A stretch of DNA of 63,928 nucleotides, filler included, from Psammoneis japonica (taxonomy: Eukaryota): NCBI GenBank assembly GCA_008632985.1. It is 4 parts of 4 records of this genome, joined end to end, with 100 filler letters (N's around TTAATTAATTAA, not from the genome) between each part and the next. Parts side by side here need not be neighbours in the genome. Positions count along the whole stretch, not along the records: positions 32,489 to 48,496 come from QPGO01000487.1; positions 48,597 to 63,928 come from QPGO01000491.1; 2 more parts are not named here. One strand, written 5' to 3'. How positions within the stretch are numbered: position 1 is the first letter of the stretch; each line of letters opens with the position of its first letter. The notes beneath the pieces are model-generated. The model was given only the letters and a program-made list of their open reading frames with translations, was not told the DNA's origin and did not search any database. Positions 38,401 to 48,881 of this stretch are shown piece by piece. Both the position numbers and the translations under genes were made by a program.

Positions 38401-39909
38401 ACGCTTTTGCGCAGGCCGAAATGACGGAAGACGTTTGTGTCGAACCACCCAAGTGTTTTGCTCCCAGTTCGGGATCCAATGTTGTCTTGAAGCTGCTCAA
38501 GAGTCTCTGCTGTCTCAAGCAAGCTCCCAAGTGCTTCTTTGATGAGCCACGTGAAGGATCATTGGAACGTGGATGGACCCAGTCGCAAGTCGACCCGTGC
38601 CTGTTTTTCAAGGACGGTGTGATTTGTGCAGTCTATGTTGATGACACTGTCCTCACTGGCAAGAATGGAGCCGCTCTAGAAAATGAGATCAAGGCTCTGG
38701 GCATCCAAGACGACGAACAACGCCATGTGTTCGAGTTGCGAAACGAGGGAGAAGTTGGTGACTTCCTCGGCATCAAGATTCGCAAAACCGGACCCAAGGA
38801 ATTCCTCCTCACCCAGCCTGGACTTGTTGATGAGGCCCTCAAGACAGCTGGCATGGAAGATTGCCGCTCTTCTCCCACTCCTGGCACTGCCTCTCCATGT
38901 CATGCGGATAAAGAGGGAGCCGAATTCGACGAGAACTGGGACTGCCGTTCCGTCATCGGCATGTTGATGCATCCATCATCCAACTCCCGACCAGACATCT
39001 GCTGCGCCACACATCAAGCCGCCCGTTTCTCACATGCTCCCAAGCATTCTCATGCGATTGCGGTGAAGCGCATTCTACGCTACTTGCAAGGCACTGAGGA
39101 CAAGGGACTCCATCTACGTCCCAGCGACAACGAACGTGTTGATTGTTTCGTTGACGCCGACTTCGCCGGCCTCTACGGTCACGAAGACACTCAAGATCCG
39201 GTCAGCATCAAGTCCCATGCCGGATGTGTCATCTTGCACTGCGATTGTCCTGGTTTTATGGGTTTCTAAGCTGCAGACGCAAATGGCACTCTCCACTGTG
39301 GAAGCCGAGTGCCTTGCTCTGTCGGCTGCGATGTGCGACCTGATTCCGATTCGTGAAATTTTGAAGGAATTCAAGTGTCATGTTTCGGTCTCACGGATTA
39401 CAAGACCCCTGCCACCACCAAGTCCAAGGCCTTTTCAGATGTAAAGGATGGTGCGATCCCTTCTTCAGCAGTTTATGAAGACAATCAGGCGTGCCTCAAG
39501 TTTGCGAAAATGGCCAAGTCATCTCCACGCACCAAACACATTGGCACTCCCCACCATTGGTTCCACACCAAGGTTGAGGCTCTTGAGATCCGGATTGAGC
39601 CTGTAGGAACTGATTCCCAGTTAGCTGATCAATTTACGAAGGGACTTATTACTGACAAGTTTGAATCTGGTCGGTTGAGTCTCTCAGGCTGGTGGCTCTA
39701 CGGTTGAGAGGGAGAGTTGACGTCTGTCAATCTACCTGTCGACTGCGCGTAATCGCGCGCTTCAATTTTCAAATTCCGCCATCAAAACTCTGCTCGATAT
39801 TGCAGTCATAATTTTCAGTCAACGACTTTTGCAACAACAACAGCTACTAGTTTACAACCTTGAGCATCAGCTCTTTCGATATCTACAGTTATACATCGGT
39901 ATAACAAGT
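32489..39909 (+). mobile_element. Near full-length Ty1/Copia (CoDi-like) LTR retrotransposon, inactivated
   Basis: 5' LTR (clipped by the scaffold start) 32489 to about 32645; PBS-like TGGTCATCGAGCC; gag ATG at 33148; order PR-IN-RT(YVDD)-RH (FVDADFAG, EDNQAC, RTKHI, QLADQFTK); PPT GAGAGGGAG at 39706-39714; 3' LTR 39715 to about 39909. Confidence 0.96.
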
Positions 39910-40065
39910 CACCGCCTGGCCGCCGCACCTTGAAGCCCAAACCTTTTATCTGTATTTTTGTTTTGAATTATTTGGACTGGTAGTCCTAATCCAACCCAGC
40001 AGAGATTTCGCACCTTCATAACAAAAACGTTACCATACTTTCAACTTTTTTGTCTTTTGGAAAGG

Positions 40066-41071
40066 TTACTCATTCTTCAACTCAGGGTACAGAATATCCC
40101 GCATCCTCGCCACATAGGCCACTAAATTCGTGCACGGACTGTCCTTGCTTTTGAGCTCCGACACCCATGGTTCGGCTGCTTGCGATTCGTCGTACAGAAG
40201 AAGAACAAGCCACGAATACACATCACAATCATAGCTGGTCGGATTCTTCGTTCCTAGGATATACTTTTCCTTCCCCAAGAGCTTACTTAGAACGGCAACA
40301 TCTTCTTGTCCTTTCTTGCAAATGTCGACGTGGGCCATTCTACCAATGCCCGCGCCTACCATCATCAGACATTGATTGGATCGTAAGAAAAAAGAAGATA
40401 CTGTGCCTTTTGACAAATAATGCAGCTCGCTTACCGTACAGATTCTTGTTCATATTCCGGAAGACGTGTTTTGAAATCAAGGTTGATACCACAGGTGGGA
40501 ACTTCTCTTTCATTTCGCCACTAAACGCTTTCCTGCCGAATTCCGTGTTGAATTTCTGATGAAGCAAGACCCAATAAAGGCTGCCTTGGAGCATCTGCTG
40601 AATCAGATATCCCTGAGCTAGTTGCTCTTCGCTGAGAGACGAATCGACCGCATTGCCAAACATGTTTTTTAGCATCGAAAGGATGCTAGTGGAATCATCC
40701 ACCATGTTTCCCTTAATGTTTGCAAAAGGGACCTTGCCGCGTGGGTTCTCCATCGCTCCTTTGCTCTCCAGCTTTGTGTAGGGCTGACGAATAAGACGCA
40801 GATAAGCTTCCACACGACTGACGTATGGAGAGGAATCGGATATGCCGTGCTTCCACCCGTGGCATGCATCCAAGACATCAAATCCCCAAACGGTAATGCT
40901 TTCGTTATCTCCTAGCTCAGGGATTTGTTTGGTACACATTTGTTGAATTCTTTCGACAGACGGTGCTTGGAAGAGCTTATAAATTGCATGCAGGGCGACG
41001 ACGCCCAAGAAGACTACCAAGCTCATCAGCGTCGTATCCCTGTCCATCTCGAACGAAAAACGGTCACCCAT
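40066..41071 (-). CDS. Failed-axon-connections/metaxin-like GST-fold protein; intron 40356-40434
   Basis: N-terminal TM; SPYVSRVEAYLR, NPRGKVPF, DDSTSIL, LSKLLGKEKYILG..PTSYD. The GT-AG intron restores the frame. Confidence 0.85.
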
Positions 41072-41960
41072 TTCCTCTACAGTAACCAGTTTGGTTTACG
41101 TTAGTAGATGTCTATTAGTCACAGCCTAATCCTGCAAGAACACAAAGAGACCCAGGCAAAAAGCACCAACCAGAGGGTTGCAGCACGATGAACGATTGAA
41201 GACTTTCAAGATCCACATCCAAAATCCAAAATCCATGCCGAAGAGCTAAAGAGATCTCCGCGCGAGCGAGTCGCGGTGTCAGCGCGCGGCCTTGCCAGGA
41301 TGCTCAAACAAACCCTGATAATAGCTACTCAACTCGCTACTCTCTTAGCTACTATTAGAGCAGAGAGCTCTCTCTAGCTAGAGCTAACTAGAGATGCTAG
41401 TTTTGAGAGAAGCATTCCAGCTGCGAAGTATCAGACCTCAGATCGTGCATCCGTCCTCAACAAGTGTTTGAAGGTTGACAACAAGGAAAGTGCCATTCAC
41501 CTTGAGGTCAAACAGCCCTGACAGAGGGATCACATAAGGCCCATGGGAGATTGCCGAATCACGAACAAACATCCTTCGATGCGTCCCTGTTTCAGCTGGT
41601 CCTCTGTTCTGTCTTGTTCCTCTCTACAAGGGGCAGGGTTGCTAGAGCAGCCTACCAGTACACATGACTTGTTTGAGTTGGCCCTCTGTTTTGTAGTGCT
41701 CCTCTCTCCAGAGTTAGAGTAGATACCGGTAGCGTTCTTGACTCCAAGTTACATTAGAGATAGCAACTGTTTCAGCATAGTTAGTAATTCAATCCATTTG
41801 CATGTAAGTTTGATAAGGTGTCTTATACTTTGAAAACGAACAATTTTTACATATGGAACGAAGTCAAGGTCGCAATCACAATAATCTCCAATGCAGTTGA
41901 GCACCATCTGTGCCCGGATGGTCGAATGTTCCGCTGCCGTGTTCCCCTTATCTCCTAAAA

Positions 41961-43637
41961 TCAATGTTTCGGCTTCGCCTTCTTTCCTTTCGATGCACAG
42001 ATGTTTTTGTGGCATTTCCAATCGGATATTTGGCATTCTCTACTGCAGTAGAACACATTCTTGCATCTAGCGCAGCGCTGTAATTTCTGACCTTCACCGA
42101 GACGCTCCTCTGGCATACCACATGTTTGGCAAGCTCCTGTTGCCATTCCGCGCTCCATCGCTCGCTGCATGGTCTCGCTCGACGTGTTTCCAAAAAGCAC
42201 GCTCATCCAGTCTGTAGAATGGCCTGGATTAGGTATCATATCTTCTTTCCAAGCCTTCCGCATTGCCGTTCTACCCAATTTGAGGCTGAAAGAGGCTTCT
42301 GGGCCAACAACGCTGGTGTCTTGAGGATATCCACCTTCAAAGCCTGGTTTTGCCGCATCGCGCATCCATTCATTCTTTGAATCTGTATCCGCGAGACGTA
42401 GCATCTCGAGACTTAAAGCGTAGGCTTTCGGGCCGCCGCAATCGTAGTCTCCGAAGTCGAGATAGTTGCTTTGGGGCAAACAAGCGCCTTTGCCACCCAC
42501 CAACTGGGCCGTGATTTTTTCTCGTGGGACTAGATCAGTGAGCACGATTTCGGTTTTCCAGCCCGATATGGAAAGCACATGAAAGAACTCCTGTCCGGGC
42601 TCTTGCACCAAATCAGCCAAACAAACGTCAGAGTCGGCTACGCGCATCGGATGAAGGCTTCGCACGGTCCCGTGAAAGCCGTGATTGCTGCTCATCGAGT
42701 GCATTTTGGTGATTGCACCAAACACCACATCATTGGCAGGATTCATGGGTGGCTTCTTCATGTAGCCATGAGGATGAACAAGAAACACAAAATCGTGGTA
42801 GCCGCGAGTCCAACCAAACGCCGGACAAAGGACTCGGTCATGAAATGCAGAAAGTGGAAGGTTTGCGGCAACGTGGAGGTCTCGTTCCGGAGCTATGCAG
42901 GCATCTAGCCCAGTTATCTTAGCCTTGAGGACCATAGTCATCTCTAACGCAGGCTTCACCTTGAGCTGGCGATTCGATCGGTTGCGTAGGATCATTTCCA
43001 TGACCGCCTTTGGAATTCGCTGTCGGCCCGAGGGTACTTGATTCTTCTTCCGCCCAACTGTGGAAAGCATATCAGACATACTTTCTGATCGCATTTGGTT
43101 GTCGCAATTAGCGAAAATAGTAAAGTGATAGTCCTTCTCGTAGAAAGGATGCTGGTACCCTTTGTCTGCATGGAACAGAGGAGGACTGCACATAATCTTT
43201 TCGGTCAGCTCACCCTCTGTATAGGAGTCCTCATCCTCTTCTCCCTCATCGTCATCAGAAGAAGAATTATCACCCAAGTCTTCTGCACCTGATCCTTCCG
43301 CTTTGTCACTGCTGCGGGATCTGCTGTCGTCATCTTGGTTCAGAGTCTCCACTTCCCAACCCTCTTTGAGACAAAACTCCTTGAATCTCTGCTGGTCGAT
43401 AGCATCGATCTCGTATCCAATATCAGGATAGAAGGGGGCGCGACCGTCCCATTCGTACTCGTCCATCGGGGCACTTTCTAGGTGGTTGTCGCTGCTCTTC
43501 TCGATCTCTGTGAACCAATTGACGATTTTGTGCAATTGCATCGACATAGGATGAAGGCGCCTGCGAACAACGCAAGCTTCACATGAAAACCTCAATTGGG
43601 AGGGGCTGCGCGATTTGTGCGGTCTTTGCATGTTCAA
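41961..43637 (-). CDS. pRiA4b ORF3-like domain plus C-terminal MYND zinc finger protein (true start possibly downstream)
   Basis: RDLHVAANLPLSAFHDRVLCPAFGWTRGYHDFVF; CQTC...RCARCKNVFYCSRECQISDWKCHKNIC. Confidence 0.8.
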   Translation of the reverse strand: MNMQRPHKSRSPSQLRFSCEACVVRRRLHPMSMQLHKIVNWFTEIEKSSDNHLESAPMDEYEWDGRAPFYPDIGYEIDAIDQQRFKEFCLKEGWEVETLNQDDDSRSRSSDKAEGSGAEDLGDNSSSDDDEGEEDEDSYTEGELTEKIMCSPPLFHADKGYQHPFYEKDYHFTIFANCDNQMRSESMSDMLSTVGRKKNQVPSGRQRIPKAVMEMILRNRSNRQLKVKPALEMTMVLKAKITGLDACIAPERDLHVAANLPLSAFHDRVLCPAFGWTRGYHDFVFLVHPHGYMKKPPMNPANDVVFGAITKMHSMSSNHGFHGTVRSLHPMRVADSDVCLADLVQEPGQEFFHVLSISGWKTEIVLTDLVPREKITAQLVGGKGACLPQSNYLDFGDYDCGGPKAYALSLEMLRLADTDSKNEWMRDAAKPGFEGGYPQDTSVVGPEASFSLKLGRTAMRKAWKEDMIPNPGHSTDWMSVLFGNTSSETMQRAMERGMATGACQTCGMPEERLGEGQKLQRCARCKNVFYCSRECQISDWKCHKNICASKGKKAKPKH

Positions 43638-43648
43638 TGTTAGGTTTA

Positions 43649-44719
43649 TTATGATGGCTTATCGGTGGCAGAAGCAGCCGGTTCTTTGCAGAAACCGGGG
43701 TTGTTCCAAAAGTCACTTGTAGTGAGGCTTTCCATGATTGACTCTGTCGGTGGCCTTGCAATAAAGTACGCATTCACATTCTGCTGCTTCTTGGTCTTTG
43801 TTTCTGTTGGACCAAATGGCTGTTGCGGCAAAAGCCAGCTCGAATCAACAACGAGGGATGATTCCTCCTGTACTTCACGAACGGCGCCTTCAAGACAAGT
43901 CTCGCCCAAATACCGTTTGCCTCCGGGAAGGTTCAACTCAAGCTTCCGCTTGCCATGAGAACTTTCGTTGTAGACAAGAATGAGCCAGAAAGCAACGTCA
44001 GCGTCAGTATCATCCCTAGTCATAAACAAAAGCTCCTTCAAGTGGTGACCAACAACAAATTGTGGAGCCTTATCGTCTATGTCGATGGGAACATTGTTGT
44101 TTTCCGTCAATTCTCGTAAAAGTTGCCTCTCTGAATCCTCTTTGAGCGTTGCCAGTACTTCGTGTTGTTTTAGTTGTGAGTGCCGCCAGCGTCCGTCGTG
44201 AAATTGTACACACAAAGTCAGCATGATCGGCATGTAGTGATCCCTGTGTTTCCAGAACCCGCTGCTTGCGTTGACGAGCCTGGTCACGGGCAAGATTTAC
44301 AACAGACCGAGACGGAGATGTCACGCACACAAAACCATTCGGATCGTTTCTTTGTAGCAGGCAAGCGGCGCACCTCACTTTATACGAAACATCCGTCTCG
44401 TCAGGAAACAGCTCGGACCTAAGCTTTCGTTCGGCCTCTAATGGATTCTGTTAAACTCTGACGACTCGGTTCCAAGACACATATAGACGCTTCGTGCTTT
44501 ATTCTTTGAATCAGGAACCACCATTAATCCATCACCTGGTTTGACGCCTTTCGCTCGCTGAATTGATTCGTTTTGTAATGCCGTTCGTATGTTCTTTATT
44601 TTCGCACAGGAACAGTTCGGCGCGTGCACAGAATATCGAGAAGCATTGCATGTCTTGTGCATGACGGAAAAGTCGTCGGTGAACAATTTAGGGGTCGACG
44701 GTGGTCTTGATCTTGGCAT
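43649..44719 (-). CDS. NUDIX hydrolase domain protein; 5' part frameshifted or uncertain
   Basis: Nudix box LPGGKRYLGETCLEGAVREVQEES. Confidence 0.7.
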
Positions 44720-45268
44720 TGTATGGATGCTGGTCGATAGTCGATCGCTGAGGCCTGTCAGATTATTGAGTGAAGAGCTTCGTTCCGTTGCTGCTCCTCT
44801 TGGTAACGCCCGTGAATAGCGAAAGTGTCGTTTCGATGCTATCACTCGCGTTGATGGAACTGAACCCTGGTAATGTTTTGGTCGATAGACGCTTTGGATT
44901 CTGTTGAGCAGCGCTTGTGGTGAAAAGGTCCTCCTCATGGCGGCGCTGGCTTTGTGCGCGGACGCTCCACGTTTCGCTCGCTCAATCGCGCGTCCCCCTG
45001 TGCGCGACCACCTAACCGATATTCTTAGTCGTGAGCGTGACTGACATAAGTATGTTCCGGGACTCAGGTAACGCTCGGGCGATTTTGGCGAGTGACTGAG
45101 TCTCACGTCTCGTGAACCTGTTTGGTTGATCCGTGGTTGTGTGTCATTCATGGCCATGTGACAAGGAGAAGCTAATCGTGCACATTGAAAACAAATAGAA
45201 ACGAGTCATTCTTCCATAATAATCCAACGTTACTCGTACTTTAGCTACACGTGTTCAGTAATTCAAAG

Positions 45269-47283
45269 ATGCAGTTTAAGAAGGTGATGATTCATGTCGT
45301 CTTTCTTCTTTTCGCCGTTGTCGCCACAAGAGCCCGCCGTCTTGGCGGTCACCATCATCAACAAAGCCTTACAAAAGACAACAAAAGTGATGGATTCCCA
45401 AACATCTACACTGTGCGGTTCTCGTCACCACTGACAAAAGGTGCCGAGGCGTTTCTCGCGTCGCTGGATATACTCAAAACCAGCAGCGACGACGCGCAGA
45501 AGATGAGCAACGGTGTAACAGTTACGTTCATGGTTCATTCGGGAGAAGAGCTCAAGTTCATTCGTGATCTTGCAGCGAAAGAGTCAATCAAAAGCCTCGA
45601 CCTTGATTTGGAGGCAACCAAGACGTACATGGCCAAGATCAAACCCGAGAACGATGTCGATGTCAAGAATACAGATTCGACTATTAACAACTACCCCTGC
45701 TATCGAAATCTTGCAGGTATGGAAGCTCTCATGCAAGACCTGGTAAAGCAAGCCGAGTCAATACCGAATCTTGAAGTAACTCTTACAGATATTGGGGATT
45801 CATACCTGAAGAGTCAAAACGCAACTCAAGGATATGACATTTGGGCGCTCAACATTACCGGGAGTGGAGTCAGCTCTCGTGGCATGACAACAAAGAAAGG
45901 CGTTCTCTTTGGCATGACGGGTATTCACGCACGGGAATATGCACCACCCGAACTGGCCGCGAGATTCTTGGAAATGCTGGTGGACGGGTACGGGTCTGAT
46001 TCTCATGCGGATATTACATCCGTATTGGATCATACTGAAATCCATTGGGTGCTAAACTCTAATCCGGATGGACGATTTCAGGCTGAGCAATCGCCGTCGC
46101 TCTTTCGTCGAAAGAATTTAAATGGATCCCCTACTGTCTGTGGCGAGGGAGGTTACGGCGTGGATCTCAACAGGAACTTTCCGTTCAAGTGGGGTGGTAG
46201 CGGCTCCTCATCCTTCCCATGCTCGCAGACCTACCGCGGAGCTTCGCCCGCCTCAGAGCCCGAAGTCCAAGCTATTGTGAATTACGTCTCGAGTATATTT
46301 CCGGAAGCGCAACGAAAGGATGATCCAGAGGAGAAAATTGACGAACCATTCAATGAAGATATTGCTGGCATCTTCTTTGACTTGCATAGTTTTGGCGAGA
46401 TTATTATTTGGCCGTGGAGCTATGCCAACAAAGAGACAGGCAATGACCAGGATCTTGAAGCATTGGTCCAAAAATACCAGTCCTCTAACCGATATGACTT
46501 TTCGGGACCGAACAATAACTTCTTGTACCCGGCATCTGGTGTCACTGATGATTGGGCCTACGGCGTTCTTGGGATTCCAGGCATGACATTTGAGCTAGGG
46601 ACGGAGTTCTATCAAGATTGTGGCTACTTTGAAAACAATGTGGTACCACGCAATCTACCTGCTCTTCTTTACTCGGCAAAGACCGCAACAGCTCCCTTTT
46701 TGCTCTCCAAAGGGCCGGACGTGACAAGTCTTGTTCTATCACAAGAATCTCTTGAAATGAAAGATTCGTCTTCAGTTTCGATAACCGCTGAAGTAAGCGA
46801 TAGTGCACTATCATCTGCAGGCTTTCCTTCCGCACAACAGACGATAGCTTCCGTTCGGGTGTTTGTCGACACCCACCCGAATGATGTTGTCAATGAAGGA
46901 AGAACTGCGGCTCCAGAAGGACTTGAGATGGAAAGTGCCTATGCTTCTGGGACTGAGACCGCCACTCTGTCTCTTACATTTGGGGACCTTAAAGATCTGA
47001 TTCAAAAGCCCGTTTTGGAAGGCACACGTTGTACGTACAAGCAACCGACAGCGAGGGCTATGCAGGTCCTGTCGCAGCAGTCTACGTGGAAATTGTTGAA
47101 GACGCATTGACAAGTGAATGTGAGGACTCGGAAGAGACATTCATTGTTGATACAGATCTTGTTGGCGAAAGGAGCTGTGATTGGCTATCCATCAGCATGT
47201 TTCGTTTCAGCTATTTGTGCGACCGAATTGAAGTCGGAAGGCGCTGTCCAAAGACATGCAATCACTGTGATCTGTTTGGGTAG
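45269..47283 (+). CDS. Secreted M14 zinc carboxypeptidase with C-terminal Cys-rich (ShK-like) module; frameshift near 47020
   Basis: Signal peptide; GIHAREY, NPDG, RRKN, GVDLNRNF, DLHSFG, TFELG; C-terminal CDWL...CPKTCNHC. Confidence 0.9.
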
Positions 47284-47599
47284 ATAATTTCAAGCCATTG
47301 TTGCAGTGCAAAAGCTCTTTTTTCCAGCTACACGGCATTCTAGTTCATATCGCTATGCGTACGCATCATCGAATTTTGTGACAGTGTCATCAGAGGAATG
47401 ACTACTACCGGTAGACCCTAGAGAGTTTATCCACGTCCACTTCACACACGTAACCCATAACCCACACAATTCGTATAAGACTATCTCGTAATGAACCACA
47501 TTTTAACAACCATTATGCGGTGGAAAGGCATCTATTATGCAATCTGAACTCAGCCCTAGAAGTGCTGGTGTCTTTTCACCTCCAATCGTTTCACCATCG

Positions 47600-48496
47600 A
47601 TCAGAAACCTCTAATGATCTTCACAATCTCCCAGGCCCTTCCGTTCCCTAAAAGCCATAAACACGTCAGAAAGTGGCTTTGTAGTCTGCAACATGAACCT
47701 AGTAATCTCAAAGGTTTCACTGTCTCTGATGGCGATCGGAATTATTTTATTAATAAGCTCTCATCCAGTCACTTCTTAGTCATCAAAGAAGGACACAAAG
47801 ACGCACATTCGAGTGGGGACATTTCTGATGGCAGCCAGAGCTGCAGTGGTCATCCAGCAACAAGTGTGACATTGACCGGACCTTTCATCTCAACTCAAAA
47901 GGCCTTGACGCTTGCATGCACAAAAGTGCGCTGGCACAAAATCAACCAAGCCATGGAATGGTTGAAAAAAACAGTCCTCTCTGTCACAACATTTCAGGTG
48001 CACAAGAAGGCTCCAAGAAGGTTCTCAGGTTCCTGCTGCAGATGACTGTGCAAGACAACACTGTTGAAGATTGTCATCACAAAACATTGTTTTTAAAGCT
48101 GCGTGACAGAAATCTGGGCATGTGTCATGTGATTGCCCTCATGTCATCAGGCTTGAAAACAAACGGGTTGAGTTGTTTCGTGCATGACAAAAAAGACAGC
48201 ACAAGTTCCAAACAGATCATTCTCAATGGAAAACAGTTTTGTGCATTGCTTGCTTGTTGAGATTGGCAACATGCAAGATCTGGCTTGAGATGACTTGATA
48301 AAACAGGTTGTGAGAGAACCAAGAAGAGACCCGATCAGCACAATCACTGATCAGAACTGACTTCTGACGGCCTCTTGAATGTCCAACATGTCAGTTGATG
48401 CACATGTGTCAGAGAGGGCACACTTGGTCATGGAGCACATGTGCCTGTCTCATTCACTCTTCCCCTCCATGGCGCAAGAATCATGCACACCATTGG
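47600..48496 (+). mobile_element. Probable Helitron-like remnant, TpA-depleted
   Basis: VTLTGPF...KVRWHKINQAMEWLKKNSPLC resembles the VR..KV..AL.WL..NN.LY motif found upstream of Helitron Rep. Confidence 0.5.
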
Positions 48497-48596
48497 NNNN
48501 NNNNNNNNNNNNNNNNNNNNNNNNNNNNNNNNNNNNNNNNTTAATTAATTAANNNNNNNNNNNNNNNNNNNNNNNNNNNNNNNNNNNNNNNNNNNN
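48497..48596. other. Artificial scaffold spacer
   Basis: N-run + TTAATTAATTAA + N-run. Confidence 0.95.
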
Positions 48597-48881
48597 GCGG
48601 TAGTCGCGTCGCGGTACATGCAGGTACTACTCTTTAGGGTGTGCAAGAGGAAGAGTCCTGTCGTCTTTCCCACTCGCTCTCTAGTACATATACCAGTCAT
48701 GAGGAAAGCCTATCACGACCGCCAATCGCCTCCCTGATAATTCTGACGAAACGAAAAGCAATCATGGAAGTCATGTACGTAGCTTTCACTGCTTGCTCAT
48801 CTCAAGAGTACGGACCATGACAATTTTGTCTCGTCTAAAGCAATAGGGAGCAGCTTCGTCATGTTGAAACTTCTCTTCTCT

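Noticed and set aside
38200..39400. Alternative genetic code (Cys/His codons read as Tyr)
   Set aside because: Host genes use standard Tyr codons, and copies differ in TGY versus CAY at the same sites.
32489..39909. Classical fungal RIP or APOBEC-type editing
   Set aside because: These are C>T and raise TpA; the direction here is the opposite.
41320..41405. CTAG/AG-rich tract (similar at 21070-21150 and 23409-23435)
   Set aside because: Low-complexity intergenic sequence with no supportable function.
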